From Tubulanus polymorphus (lineage: Eukaryota; Animalia; Nemertea): a DNA stretch of 64,000 nucleotides. Every line of letters begins with the position of its first letter. The first letter of the stretch is position 1. The translations under genes and the position numbers were made by a program. The notes beneath the pieces were generated by a model that saw nothing but the letters and a program-made list of their open reading frames with translations, made no database searches and was not told where the DNA came from. This document shows positions 1-28,448 of this stretch, piece after piece. Location: assembly GCF_964204645.1 (NCBI RefSeq), contig NC_134033.1, positions 12,842,655 through 12,906,654 of the forward strand. Reading direction: 5' to 3'.

Positions 1-188
1 GTTGTTTGTTTTGACGTAGCCTGCCAAAACCCCTGTACTGCAAGATACTCAACCATTCAACTCTTACTATCTCCGAGCTGAAGTATAGTATAATTGTACT
101 ATCCAACAATGGTAATTGCTCTCAAGACCAACAGAACGTCTACAGCACGAAAGTATCTGACTTGAGTGGAGACTACAGGCTCTCTTAA

Positions 189-467
189 CCCTTTCAGTGC
201 TGACTAACCAATACCCTATAGTGCTGGAGATAATTTGAAAATTTTGAAAAATTCCGCCCAAGTGTGTTGAATACCACTAAAGTGTGTATACACCGCGGTG
301 TGGTGTATTGTTAGTTACTAATATTTCACTTTGTTGGACAGGTGCTGCCATCTTTCAATAGAGATAAAAACTAATTACTAATTACATCAATACATCGCAG
401 TGCGGTGTACTAGCAAAATCCATCACCGATTCATACACCGCACTGCGGTGTAGATGCACTGAAAGGG
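189..467. mobile_element. piggyBac-like MITE
   Basis: TTAA on both sides (185-188, 468-471) and 12-bp TIRs CCCTTTCAGTGC/GCACTGAAAGGG. Partial copies at ~25923-26115, ~13433-13505 and ~13858-13925. Confidence 0.8.
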
Positions 468-544
468 TTAACTGTGAGGCTTCTCAAAACTGCGAAAACT
501 GAAAATGAATTCATCGTCGAAAGATGACTTTCTTAACTACTCAC

Positions 545-16445
<15,901 letters not shown>

Positions 16446-17506
16446 TTTAATAATTCCCGCGTGGATTTATATTCCTAGAATAGTCCGTGTAGTCGTTGTG
16501 CGCTCTGTAAGAAAAGAAAACCGACAAAAAATAAAAGACACCGAACCTGCCGATTCAATGAGAGACCAGTATGTGAAATACTTAACTGCTACCGCCAGGA
16601 TTCAAAGACATGAATCCTGGATTGATGAGAACCATAGGCCACACCAATAGCTTAAACAACTCGCTCATTATACCTGCCAGACTGACACTGCTCAGGTTCA
16701 GCTAGGTTTATGCCAATGAACACAAAAATAGGCAAGTGCCGAAAAATGCTTCCCCCCAAAAGAAACAGTTCAGGGCACTTAATTTCTGGTGTTAAAAAAA
16801 TGGAGCAATACTGAGGCCTAATACTCACCGACCTTGTTTTTCCCAAGAGGAGGTGCTCACTAGTTTTATCACCTGCGCTGGACATCACTAAGCTTTTAAG
16901 TCATTTCATTAGGCCTAAGGACAAGTAGTAGGCTATTGAGAAATTCAAGCCTAAGGCTGAATAAAGTAAGACTAGACTACTTGATTGAAGTTGAACTGTA
17001 TTTGCAGTGACTCTGAGATTTGACAAGCCAGACATGACAGCAAAGCAATAATTGTCACTGACTGACTGAACAGTGTGACAGATGACTTGACAGACAGACA
17101 GGACAAAAATGTCCTGCCCCATATCGGCTCTCCCTTTCTTAATCTTATTTTAACATTACTGAAATCTTTCATGAAAATTATTAACAGTTTTGGTTTACGT
17201 CTAGGGACGAGTCTCTTCTAAATCAAATCAAAAATCCCGTAGAAAGAAAAACGAGTCAAAGAATCAACAATGAATGACTCACAACGTCGAACTCTCAGTC
17301 TCAAGACTCAGACTGGCCCTTTTCAAACCCCGGAAAAATGCTTAAAATCCAAATATTTACCTGTAAAAACTCCCTTTAAAACAGTTTCGCTGTAGATCTA
17401 TGCGGCTAACCGGTCGGTTAGGCGCTGTGATGCTGTGTTAACGCGTTAAAAACGATTAATTTCAGTAGAATTCCAGTTTATCGATGATGGATATAATGGT
17501 TCGGGA

Positions 17507-17514
17507 TGACGTCA
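17507..17514. promoter_or_regulatory. Perfect CRE palindrome upstream of the probable first PAK exon
   Basis: TGACGTCA in a CpG-rich stretch ~150 bp upstream of the 17361 donor. Confidence 0.45.
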
Positions 17515-18763
17515 TTCGCCGGGTGGTGGCAGCACCTGACGACCAGTAAGCCGCGGCTAGTCGAGTTCGAGTCCCAGAAAAAGCGAACTATTTTCGGTTA
17601 AGGGTATTTTAGGTTCGAATCCGCCAAGCAGCGGGAATTTTGGAAGAAGCCTTTCTATTGGATAATCCATGAATCCATACGGGCTAGTCTTGAGAAACGA
17701 AGATCTCACAACGACGTAAAGCAAAGACGAACAAACAAACAAAACATTACAAATTATGACCGCAAATATTTCATTACGGAGAATTAGGTATGAAAATGTG
17801 GAATTGGGGGCCCCCACTTTCTCCGCCGTTCATATCTTCGGTCGTCAATATAACGGAAACGACTACCATTCCTCTCACGTGCCACTGTGCGTACCCATCC
17901 CAACACCTACAAATCCAGCTGCCGCACATGTCCATTTTTACAGGGTCCGCTCTAACGAATGAAAAGCCACTTGCCCGGGGGCGAGCATTTCTGGAATTGT
18001 GCTAGCCCCCTCCAAAAGCTACAGTTTGCCCTACAGTACAGGCAGTCCGATTGGTGGCACTATCATCCGTTGTATCGACTGGGAAAAAAGTTTTGTGACA
18101 TAAATTGCACTAGCCCCGGGGGGACAATTGATAAATGTTCAACCTACTTGCCCTGATGAGAATATATTTGTCCCGGGCAATCGGACGATTGCTTAGAGAC
18201 CCTGCCATAGGAATCTCGAACGAACCCCCACTCATCGCAGGGGTGTACACCTCCCCCTAAAAATGTCAAGCTGACCCAAAAATTTTAAAGGGAAATCAGT
18301 GTTAAACTGATACCACATTCGTTTTTCTCCTGTATATTCAAGAATGAGTTTATTCTTTTCGGGGTGCATATGCTAGGCCTATCATCGTCCCGGCACCCAT
18401 CCCTCAACTGCCACAGTTCGAACCGGCGCGAACGATTCGCATTTTACGGTGATGATATATCATTTATTTCTCTGATCTGTTCGTTGAGTTTGCGGCGACG
18501 AAACGACGAGCGTTAAATAATAAATACCCGACGCGACAGGTGCACGTTTCTAATACCTCGAATATCTCGTATTCATCATCTTCACCTCAGGCGTCAACCA
18601 ATTGAGTAGTTAGATCTTTCCCTTCTAACGGCAGGCATGACAAATTAATCTTTAGTTTTTCTTCGTTAACTCGTCGTTGTAATTCAGTGTCACGTGACAC
18701 GCGTCGCAGGCGCCGGACGAGTCGTTTTAGGTCGTAGAAAACAAGTCCACGGTCGTCACTATG

Positions 18764-19008
18764 CAGGCGCAGATCCAGAGGAGGGGTTTCAAGGGTCGTG
18801 ACCCCCCCCCCCTGCTCAGCTACCAAAAAAATGTTTAATTGTTTTCTTGGAGGAATGTATCAAGACAAAGCGGGCGAACAGTACCACATAATTGGTACCA
18901 TATCATCTTATGTTTGGCCAAACAATATGCCGTATAGGCCCCCTTCCAGAGATTTTAGTCGGCGGTTTAACATTGATGATCCTGGAAAAAACCCTGGATC
19001 CGTGACTG
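18764..19008. mobile_element. MITE with CAGG..GATCCAG termini
   Basis: CAGGCGCAGATCCAG / CTGGATCCGTGACTG imperfect TIRs; ATG on both flanks. Confidence 0.55.
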
Positions 19009-19769
19009 ATGCGGTTTGAATCTAGGGTTGATTAAATAATTAAGTAGATGGGCGCTTAAAATCGTTGTGTCCAAGGCACTCACTATAAGGACTCAATAGA
19101 TAAAACTTACTATACACATCTGACTTAAGTTAAAAGAAAGTTTATCATTCCCAGAAATTAGAAATCAGAGTGTGGCGAACGCCAGTAAATAGTTTATGTT
19201 AGTAGAAATAGGTCATCTCTGTAGTATCCCCGCCCTGCATGTCAATCATATTAGCATGAGCATGTGCTGTCCGCGGAGTCGGAAATAAACAGTTGTATTT
19301 TGGATATCAAACGAAAAGGGTCTTCTCTCATTCTTTCTCTGCATCGAACTGATTTCTCCTGTGGAACTGCAAGACCTCCACACAGAGAGGACACGACGTT
19401 TCAGACTCTCTCCCCTAGATGACATCGCGTCGTGTGATCATCATTTTGTTTAAAGTAGGTTTTAATCGTATAATCGCTCTTCCATGACATCTGATTGTTG
19501 CTATTCTACTAATATGGACTCAGTTGACGTGAGGTCTTAATCATCGAGTAAGGTCAACCAACGCTAGTAATGAAAATCTCGAAGTTCTAGAAATTTCAAA
19601 TGTGCCAGACTTTCCGCAAAATGTAATTTCATATTCAGCGACGTAGATTATCGCCACTTAATCCATCGGGATCAAGTCCTCAGCGACGAATTTGTCAATT
19701 TGGCGCCATGTCATTGGGGAACCAGAGGACCGAGGGATCGCGTAGCAAACACACGAGGACGTAGTAGTA

Positions 19770-19851
19770 GGTAGCGTGGCCGAGCGGTCTAAGGCGCCGG
19801 TTTAAGGCACCGGTCCAGCAATGGGCGTGGGTTCGAATCCCACCGCTGCCA
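19770..19851 (+). tRNA. trnL-AAG: tRNA-Leu(AAG)
   Basis: GGTAGCGTGGCCGAGCGGTCTAAGGCG CCGGT-TTAAGGC-ACCGG ... GTGGG-TTCGAAT-CCCAC CGCTGCCA; long variable arm; T-run terminator follows. Confidence 0.95.
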
Positions 19852-21187
19852 CATATTTTCTTTTGGGGGTTAGTTAGTGCGGAAATGGTAGGACAGTTAT
19901 AAAATCTGATCATTTTGAATAATGTATTAGATCATACGCCCATGATTAGATAGATGCGTTCCACCACCTAAAAAACAAAAAGCTAAATCTGATCCAAATA
20001 TGGCAAAATCTACTGAATCTTACTCACAAAATTGAGGCTCATAGACTAGAATTAGATTATGAATAATCTCTGAATTGCCGTATGAATGAAAAACTAACAA
20101 CCTTTCGGAAGGAAATTGATCAAGCCCCCGAGTGCCTGAACTGCGCGTGAATCTATGGTTTTAATCTGCCTGGCCTCGGCGCCTTTTTTAGCAACATTTA
20201 TACGAATTTCTATTGTGTTCGGCAGAAAGCGAAAACTTGGACTTATGCGTTCACCTGTTCTACCCAGCCTGGGGGGTAACTTTTCATCAGCGATTTGCTG
20301 AGAGGACGCGGGAACTCCTGAATGGTCTAATAGCCTTATTAATATATATTAAATTAGATAATATAAGATAATATTAGACTACAACCCGAATTGTCGATTC
20401 AAATGTTAATTTAGGCGACCAAAGTCGATTATAAAATGGGTTTAGAATACGAAGCCAGCTTCATTTTGCATGTATGGTCGTAGCATTGAGTTATGTAGTC
20501 TTATCTTTCAAGCATCTATGTAACTCTGGTTCCAAAACGGCATTAGCTCAGTCGAAGCTTAGAATAGAAAGAAAGGGTAACAGTTTTGTAATTCAGGAGC
20601 AGCTCATTTTTGTTTCGTAAATCATAAGCTGGTTTCCGTTGACGCGCGGGTGCAGCTGCGGGTCGGGGGGGGGGGGCGGTGTGGGCGCGGGTGCAGCTAC
20701 GGGTCGGGTGGGCTTGCTTCGTTAATGCGTCATCGTGTTAGGGCAATTTGCATTTGCTTTTGACTATAAGGTAATTGAAAAATGCTTATCATTTGAAAAT
20801 ATTCTTAGAGTATTTTCTAGTCGTCAGGGTACGCGATACAGAACCCCTCGCGGGATGAGTAGGCTACGCAGTTTGTAGTGTTATTCAATCTCTAAAAAGC
20901 GCCTTTCCGTCGTTCTTTGTTTTACGCCACGCCCACAACGACCTGACGGTGATCATCTTCGACAGATAGCAGCGAATGGCAGACGACATTCTCGGCCCGA
21001 TTAGCATAAATGAAACCGTATAGAAAGGCGCACGATGAATGAAGGTGCTAATTGTTTCGGTGACGATTTATTATCGAGAATTAAAACAACGAACAAGCGT
21101 TTGGTCCCCTGATTCAGTTGTTTAAGAGGATTTGTTGAATTTTGATAAATTTTCTTCGCCGCGTAGAACAGCTTTTGTAGTTGAATT

Positions 21188-24100
21188 ATGGGTAAGTCTT
21201 CTTATACGAATACAGTGGAACCTCGTTATAACGAACTCGGATACAGCGATTCTTCGGATAAAACAAACATAAAATTTCGTCCCATTTAAGAAAATTTAAT
21301 TAATTTCATACTGGATATAACGAACTATATCGGTTATAACGAACATGTTTTCTGGTCCCGTGAAGTTCGTTGTAACGAGGTTCCACTGTATTAGTGCTCT
21401 TTATGTGTCAAACCTCGATTAGCAATAATTACGGATGTTTTAATACTATCTATTCGAGTCGATTAAATGAAATATGGAATGTTAAATCAACAGAGAAAAA
21501 AGGGCAAAGGCTGGTAGCAGCCACTTTCTCACTTCGGCCATCATATCAAATGATCAGTATTGTTCATAGATTTATGGGTATGAAATACCTACAATTCAAT
21601 AAAGAAATCATTCAAACATGGGTAAGTGAGTAGCTTGCAACAGAAAAAGATGGGAAAGATGGGGCTAGGTGTGGCTTGTTGGTGCAAATGGCTTTTTGGT
21701 GGCATAAGCAATCTACAAATGAAGCCCTATTTTTGCTTTTACTCAATTGCGAAATCTACAGATATGATATGATGATGACAGCAAGCATGATCATAATATT
21801 TACTTTTTGATAGTGTCTACAAGTGTTTCTAACAACCTACGTATTTCTAACTACCCTACCTATTATTAATTTTTTTAAACGTTTTTAAGGATGACTCATA
21901 TAAAGAAAATTCAGGAAAAAAGGTTTCATGGAGAACCCGGGCATCGATCCCGATACCTCTCGCATGCAAAGCGAGCGCTCTACCATTTGAGCTAGTTCCC
22001 CGCCGATGTAGCAGTCCGGTCCGGTCCAACTGAGGTCGGGCTTTCCCACTCACGGCTATTGACCGTGTAGCGCTGCACGAAACCGTGTCCCACACGTCTG
22101 AATAATCGTCCAGAAATTCATTCATATACTTATAGATAATTCTTATTGTATACTATCAATATTTGTCAATGGCTTTTATTTTTTTCCGAATATTCACTCG
22201 TCATTTTCCATTCGACCTGACTAAAAATCCAATCTATAATTTTCGAAAGTGTTTTATAGGTTTTATTTCAAGGAACGACCTATATATCTAAAATTATAAG
22301 GTTCATGGTGTAAACCTTCATTTCAGCTAGTGCCCCTGTCAGGCGTTAATACCACAGGGTAGTCACAAGTTGGTCAGTCCTCACTCGGGGTTGACAAAAA
22401 ATTTTTGGAGAACCCGGGCATCGATCCCGGTACCTCTCGCATGCTAAGCGAGCGCTCTACCATCTGAGCTAGTTCCCCGTCGACAACATGACCGGGCAAG
22501 TCACGCGGCGGTTTGCCATACACGTCTATTTGACCGCACAGGCGGCGCCGTACGAAACCGTGTCCCACACGCCTGAGTTGTCCTCCAAAAGTTCATTTTC
22601 TCTTTAGATTACCATCTATTGTAAACCATTATTATAAGCCAATGCTTTTCCAAATATTCGCCCATCATTTTCCTATCGACCTGAGTAAAATAATCCAATT
22701 TATAATTAAAAAGCCATTTTCCTCGCTCAAACGCGCGGCAATCTCAATACGCACTAACTGGCGGTAAAACTAAGTAACTTTTGTAAATTAGTTGGGGTTG
22801 CGTAAACGAGGTCTCCTAATATTTGCGTACATGTATATGTGTCTCTTTATGTACTTATCAACGATTTGCCTCGTTGTACAATGCCATCTGCTGTTGAAAT
22901 TTAATGTATGAATGTTCTGTGCAAAACATGTTTTTGTGGAACAATAAAAATGAAATCATCAAATCAAGATGTCTTGGTTCTAGAAATTTGAGACGAACTT
23001 CTCTCTATCGGTGATGTATAAGATAGAGAAAGTGTCGGTTACCTTTTAGATATTTTTTGAAAATTGATTGCAATTTATGTTAATGAAAAATGAATCTTTA
23101 AACTTCGGTAACACATTTTCTGAGACGTCTATATACAACTCATATTTGTGAATTCCCTCTTTGTGACTCCATCTTTGACTTCCCTCAGTTTGGCTCCTGC
23201 AATATTGATAGAATATGTATTACATAATGTACTTTGAAATCTAAAATTTTAACTCTTACAAAGTACAGACGCCTTTTTGGTGGATTTTTTCCTTTCAATG
23301 TTCTCTCTTGGTTTCGATTTTGTTTTTTGATTGTAGATCGTGTCACGATGATAGATAAAAAGCTAAATGTTAACACCGCGGCAGCATTATTCAGAATGGG
23401 TTCACTGAAGCGGCTCTAGAAATATTGAGTCGAAAATATTGAAAACAAAAAAGAATCAGAAAAGCTGTGCAAGCAAAGTCTTATCACAGCGCGAGCGATA
23501 ATCCTGTGTCGCAGCGATTTACAAAGAAAGCAAATATACGCTCGAAAACGTTGTTGTCGCCAAGATTTTCGACCTCTGCTAATCGATTTTATGGCCCATA
23601 ACTCGGCGCGTCAAATCCGTCTTTTCGTTCCGGTTTATTGGTCATTCAATCTAAAAAACCTGAACGACGCATTAAGCATTTGACTGCACCTGGCCAGCTG
23701 TACCGAGTCTTAATCACTGGCTTCACCGCGTTTCGCATATTGCGCTTTAATGTCGTATGTTTGTCAAGGGTTTTGCAATTACCGACGGAGGCAGGTGCGC
23801 GGTAATGAGCCGGCTTAGAAGTCTTGTGACGGGGAATTGGCAGCCGAAGAAATCGCGTCGAGAGCTGTGATGCCGTGTATGCACAGTAGAGCTCCGTGTC
23901 GGCTGCGGCGTATCGACCGGTCGTGTTTGTCTCGGTCGGTCGTGTTTGTCGTCGAGTGTAGCGCGCTCTCGTTATAATCCCCTCCACACTCGCAGGCAGA
24001 TTAAAGAATAAAACGCGCGGAGATAAAGATCGCCGAATCGATTTGTAAATGCTTCAAAATGAAAAGACTATCTAGATATAAGATCTAGATATAAGGATTC

Positions 24101-27100
24101 TATCGTACCTATGCGTGTTATCAAAATAGACCGCAACAATGTATTGTAACGTCCCAGCAGTCACACTTTCCAGACACCCGTTCAGCACTTCCAAAAGTGC
24201 TATCAAAATTTCGAAAGTGCTATCAGTAACAAATTGAATCTTTCCATCGAAATATAAAAGAAAATGCTCAAACTAATCGGTAACCGATAGTAAGACCCTC
24301 AGTAATATCTTTCATATTTCTGTACGCATCAAATAAATCAATTCAGTATTTTTCCTCTAAATAGTAACAAATACTGAAAATCAGTTGATGATATTTGAAT
24401 GTTATTTACTTCTTCCAAATCATTTTATAAAATTCTTTCAATACTGATATCATATAACGCTTTGGGCTTAGGATCAAGCATGACTTTATTGACCATCACG
24501 ATTTAAGTTGAATAACTATATCTGACTTCGGAAATCTACAAATATGAACGCGTAGAATTAGAAAGAAACGACTGTTCCACTTATTCCGCTACACAGATCC
24601 AAATGATCCATGTATGGTCGTACCATATACAACTGTAATAATCATTATCACCGGTGTTTAAGGTACATCTCTAGGACAAGAAAAGAGTCACATTCGTTAA
24701 AAATCGAGTAATACGCGCATGGTTTATATATGTGGCAGCTGCATTGGACTGTCATCCAAGCACTCAGTAAATTCAGGTCGAAAGATCTTTTTTGAAAAGT
24801 TTCACATAGTCCGGTCCATGGGTCCCAAAAATTGACTTTTCGCTTGAGTGGGAAGACATATTCGCGAATTCTTTTTTGAAGGTAGCCCTTGTTCTCTAAT
24901 ACCAGGGTTATCGCTAAACTAGAAACTGGTTTGTGTAAACATCAAATCGTATCAAAACGGACACTAAATATGCTTCTGTTTAAATTCGATTTTGACTCGC
25001 TTTGTTTGATTCTATTTCGTGCAGGGAGAACGTTGCCGGTGCCCGTACCGTGTAAAGTTTGCGGCGACAAAAGTTACGGTAAACATTACGGCGTTTACTG
25101 TTGTGACGGCTGTAGCTGTTTCTTCAAACGGAGCATCAGGAAGAATATGGTGTACACGTGTATAGGTAAGGGAACGGCGATCAATTGATACTGCGTCGTA
25201 ACTGTGAGGGCCTAGTGTTTGCATACACCCTGGCCCAGTGTCGGAGTCCATGGCTGATACCATCAAATGATATACCGGTAAGGCTAAAAATGATACCTTG
25301 TTTCTCCTAATCGGCGGGTCATTTTAACGATAAAATCACAATAAAATTTGTAATCAGTTCATTTCTATAGCTGCCGGGTCTGATATTAGCTCGATCATGA
25401 GCGTACACAGGATGGATAGGCGGTTACCGGGTCAACTTTTAAGTTCAGCAGAAATGAGAAACAAGGTATTCATTTTTTAGCCAAGTTGCTGCAACGTAAT
25501 CAGCCCTAGGGTCAGAATTGACTGAAGAGTTAATGAGTTAACTCGGTCGGGTTCCAGTTTCACGAGAGAGTGCGCACCGCTAAAATCTTATTCAGTTTTT
25601 CTCAGATCCATTTGGAAGTTAATCATCATCTCTATGGAACTGGTTCTTTTGGTTCGACTTAATTCGAAACGTTAAAATTTGAGGAAATCTGCAAATTCAA
25701 CAGAAGTGATTCGATCAGGAGAAACCCTGTGGCCTCACAGTTCCTGAATCTGATATGATATGATATGATAAACGTCGTGAATTATCATTTTGTAGGCAAA
25801 GGAGGTTGTATCATCGATAAAGCACGCAGGAACTGGTGTCCGTATTGTCGTCTGCAGAAATGCTTCTCTGTTACTATGAACAAACATGGTACGTACATCC
25901 ACTGTATACTTTTTAAGACTTTTTAACCCTTACAGTGCTGACTTATTAATATCCTATAGTGCCGGAGATAATTTGAAAATTTTGAAAAATTCCACCCTAG
26001 TGTGTTGAATAACGGGAATACCACTATAGTGCGTCTACACCGCGGCGCAGTGTATCGTTAGTTTCTAGTTTTTCACTATGTTTGAAAGGTGCCGCCATTT
26101 TTCAAGAGAGATATTACTTTTCTCGTTGAACTTTTCGCCAGAATCGTTGTAAGTGGCGATTTACAATCGAAAATCTGGGTTAGAATTTTGGACGTGTTGC
26201 AACTGTCAGAAATGAGTGAAATCAAATTCTTGACTATTGAATTTTGCTTCTTGCTTATTCGCAGCCGTGCAGGAAGAAAGAGGACCCAGAAAAAATAAAG
26301 GATTGCGACATTCGATTAACACTAAAAACCACCAGACGTCCGCCAACGGAAGTACGTGCAACCAAAATGGCCTCCCACCGAGACCGTACTTGCCAGCAGC
26401 GAACATAGGTGGCGTTGTTGGCGGCAATCTAATTCGTCCGGTGTTGACTTCACACGTAGCCTATTTCGACCGACATTTTCCGAGAGAATTCGTAAATTCG
26501 TTTAAGAGTACGACGACAGGTACGGGGTCGATATTGCTGTCACCGCAATCCATGGCGAAAATACACAGCGAGGATAGCAGCGCTTTCTCTAAAGTGACCC
26601 CAACACGCGGCCACAACGACCTTCCGTCCGAACCAAACGGTAAGAGTTCTATTTGACTCGAACGATTCTTTATTTTGTTGAAAGAAAGGAAGCTAATGGC
26701 GTTAGTTGAATTCCGAAACTATTTCGAAATACCAGTAAAGCACAGGAACTTGTCACAATTCGATGGAGGATGGATGACACCAGTATCCCTATTTGCCTAT
26801 TTCTCTTTATAAAGGCACATAGGGATACTGGTGTCATCCATCCTCCATCAAATTGTGACAAGCCCTTGTGCAGTAAAGTGCCAGTTCTCCGTCAACGCCA
26901 CGCAAGAAATATATATCATAATATCGAGCGTTTAAACTGTCGCCAACTTTTGACTTTTTACTTCATTTAGCTGCTTGCGCCCGATCGCTAATTGAAACCC
27001 GCTGTGATGTCAGACAAAATCTTGATACGATTCAATCTACAGTTGATTACACGGAATTTCACTTTACGATATACAGAACAGTTGTATTATATAAATGATG

Positions 27101-27936
27101 GACTGTATCATATTTTCAGTGTTAGAGTTGCGTTGCTGTAGGCCGCCTCCACCTACACTAAACCAGCATCAAATGATACAGGAAGTGACGGCACAAGTTC
27201 TCTTCGCCGCCATACGCAAAGCGCAGACGAACCAGTTCACGCTGAGTCTGCGCAATGAGGATCGACACATACTATTGGCCGAAACGTGGCATGAACTGTT
27301 CCTACTGAACGCCGCCTACTGGCCGATCGATATCGCCATTCTGATGCTACGAATGACACCCGGTTCCGCCGAATCGAAGGTCTGGTTCCACTCCAATAGA
27401 ATAGCCCATACGGTGATCCTCTGTACCTATTTTCAAGCTGACGTGTTTATCTTCTTTTTTAGAAATATAGCGGTGAACTACAGCGCATTCACACCGCATT
27501 ACTCGCCTGCCAGACCCTGAACATAGACTTTACTGAGTTGGCATTGCTAGAAACTGCCCTACTCCTTAAACACGGTAAGAACACGTTGCATGATCCCTTT
27601 AGGCCTAGAGGCTAGTTACTCAATTACATCACCATTATTTGCATAAACCGCATATGGCTAGTAAAGATGCGTTTTTTCAATTTGTATTTTCGTTTTTCAG
27701 AAACTAAAAAGACATTATCGGACGCTTTTAAAGTGCAAAGATTGCAGGACCACGTGCAGATGACATTGGTGCGCTACGTCAACCAGTCACATCCGACGAA
27801 CCCGGCTCGATTCAATAAAATCATTCTCGTTTTACCGTGTTTGAGAAGCGTCGACGCTTCGCTAGTAGAAAATATATTTTTCAAACAGACAATCGGTCCG
27901 GCGACTATGGAACAGATTATACGCGGTATGTGGTAA
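21188..27936 (+). CDS. NR2E5: NR2E-family nuclear receptor, HR83/NR2E5-like (~406 aa)
   Basis: Exons 25025-25165, 25796-25888, 26265-26639, 27120-27379, 27463-27574 and 27701-27936, all GT-AG and phase-consistent. C4 zinc fingers [42 protein letters not shown]-box [12 protein letters not shown] with WHELFLL and FFKQTIG. The CDGCSC P-box and ARRNWCP match the HR83 type. The start (ATG G|GTAAGT at 21188 or 21618) is inferred. Confidence 0.9.
21213..21388. mobile_element. Tc1/mariner (pogo/Tigger-like) MITE
   Basis: TA TSDs; ~24-bp TIRs CAGTGGAACCTCGTTATAACGAAC / GTTCGTTGTAACGAGGTTCCACTG. Confidence 0.9.
21929..22001 (-). tRNA. trnA-TGC: tRNA-Ala(TGC)
   Basis: GGGGAACTAGCTCAAATGGTAGAGCG CTCGC-TTTGCAT-GCGAG ... 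GTTCTCCA; 73 nt; G3:U70 alanine identity pair. Confidence 0.93.
22406..22478 (-). tRNA. trnA-AGC: tRNA-Ala(AGC)
   Basis: GGGGAACTAGCTCAGATGGTAGAGCG CTCGC-TTAGCAT-GCGAG ... GTTCTCCA; 73 nt; G3:U70. Confidence 0.95.
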
Positions 27937-28448
27937 GTGATGACGATCCACCAGGCGTCGCTTTTTAATCAACTTTCAACTGGGTTGTTAGGATTCCACT
28001 ATCCGGATTGTCATCGTAAGGAGCCACCCCATTAAGTCGTCACCGGAACTCATTGTTCTTATCAAAAGCAAAGAACATTTATATTCAATTATAATTGAAA
28101 ATTGAAGAAGAAACTGAAATGCAGAAGACCAACCAGCTACTAGCGAACCTGGTGGATTCTCACTTGCCATAAGGATTATGGCAATCATGGGGTGATTGCC
28201 GGCAACCTATACTTAAACTATTCTAGTCAATGGTCCTTAGAAAAGAACAACCCGCTAAAACATGAACATTATCCGTCAATTTATTTCAACAAAAAATGTC
28301 TCCAATTGTAAGTACGTATGTCAGCAGTAAAATCAAAATAAATTATAATTGTATATAATGAAAATATAGAAGAAAATATCCCTGCGTTGAATGAAACATT
28401 GTGTATGTTTAGTTGTTAATCTACGCGGCCTTGTGTTGTCAGGTTTAA

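Noticed and set aside
17941-18204. CAGGGTC...GACCCTG hAT-like MITE
   Set aside because: TIR is only 7 bp and no TSD is visible; insufficient support.
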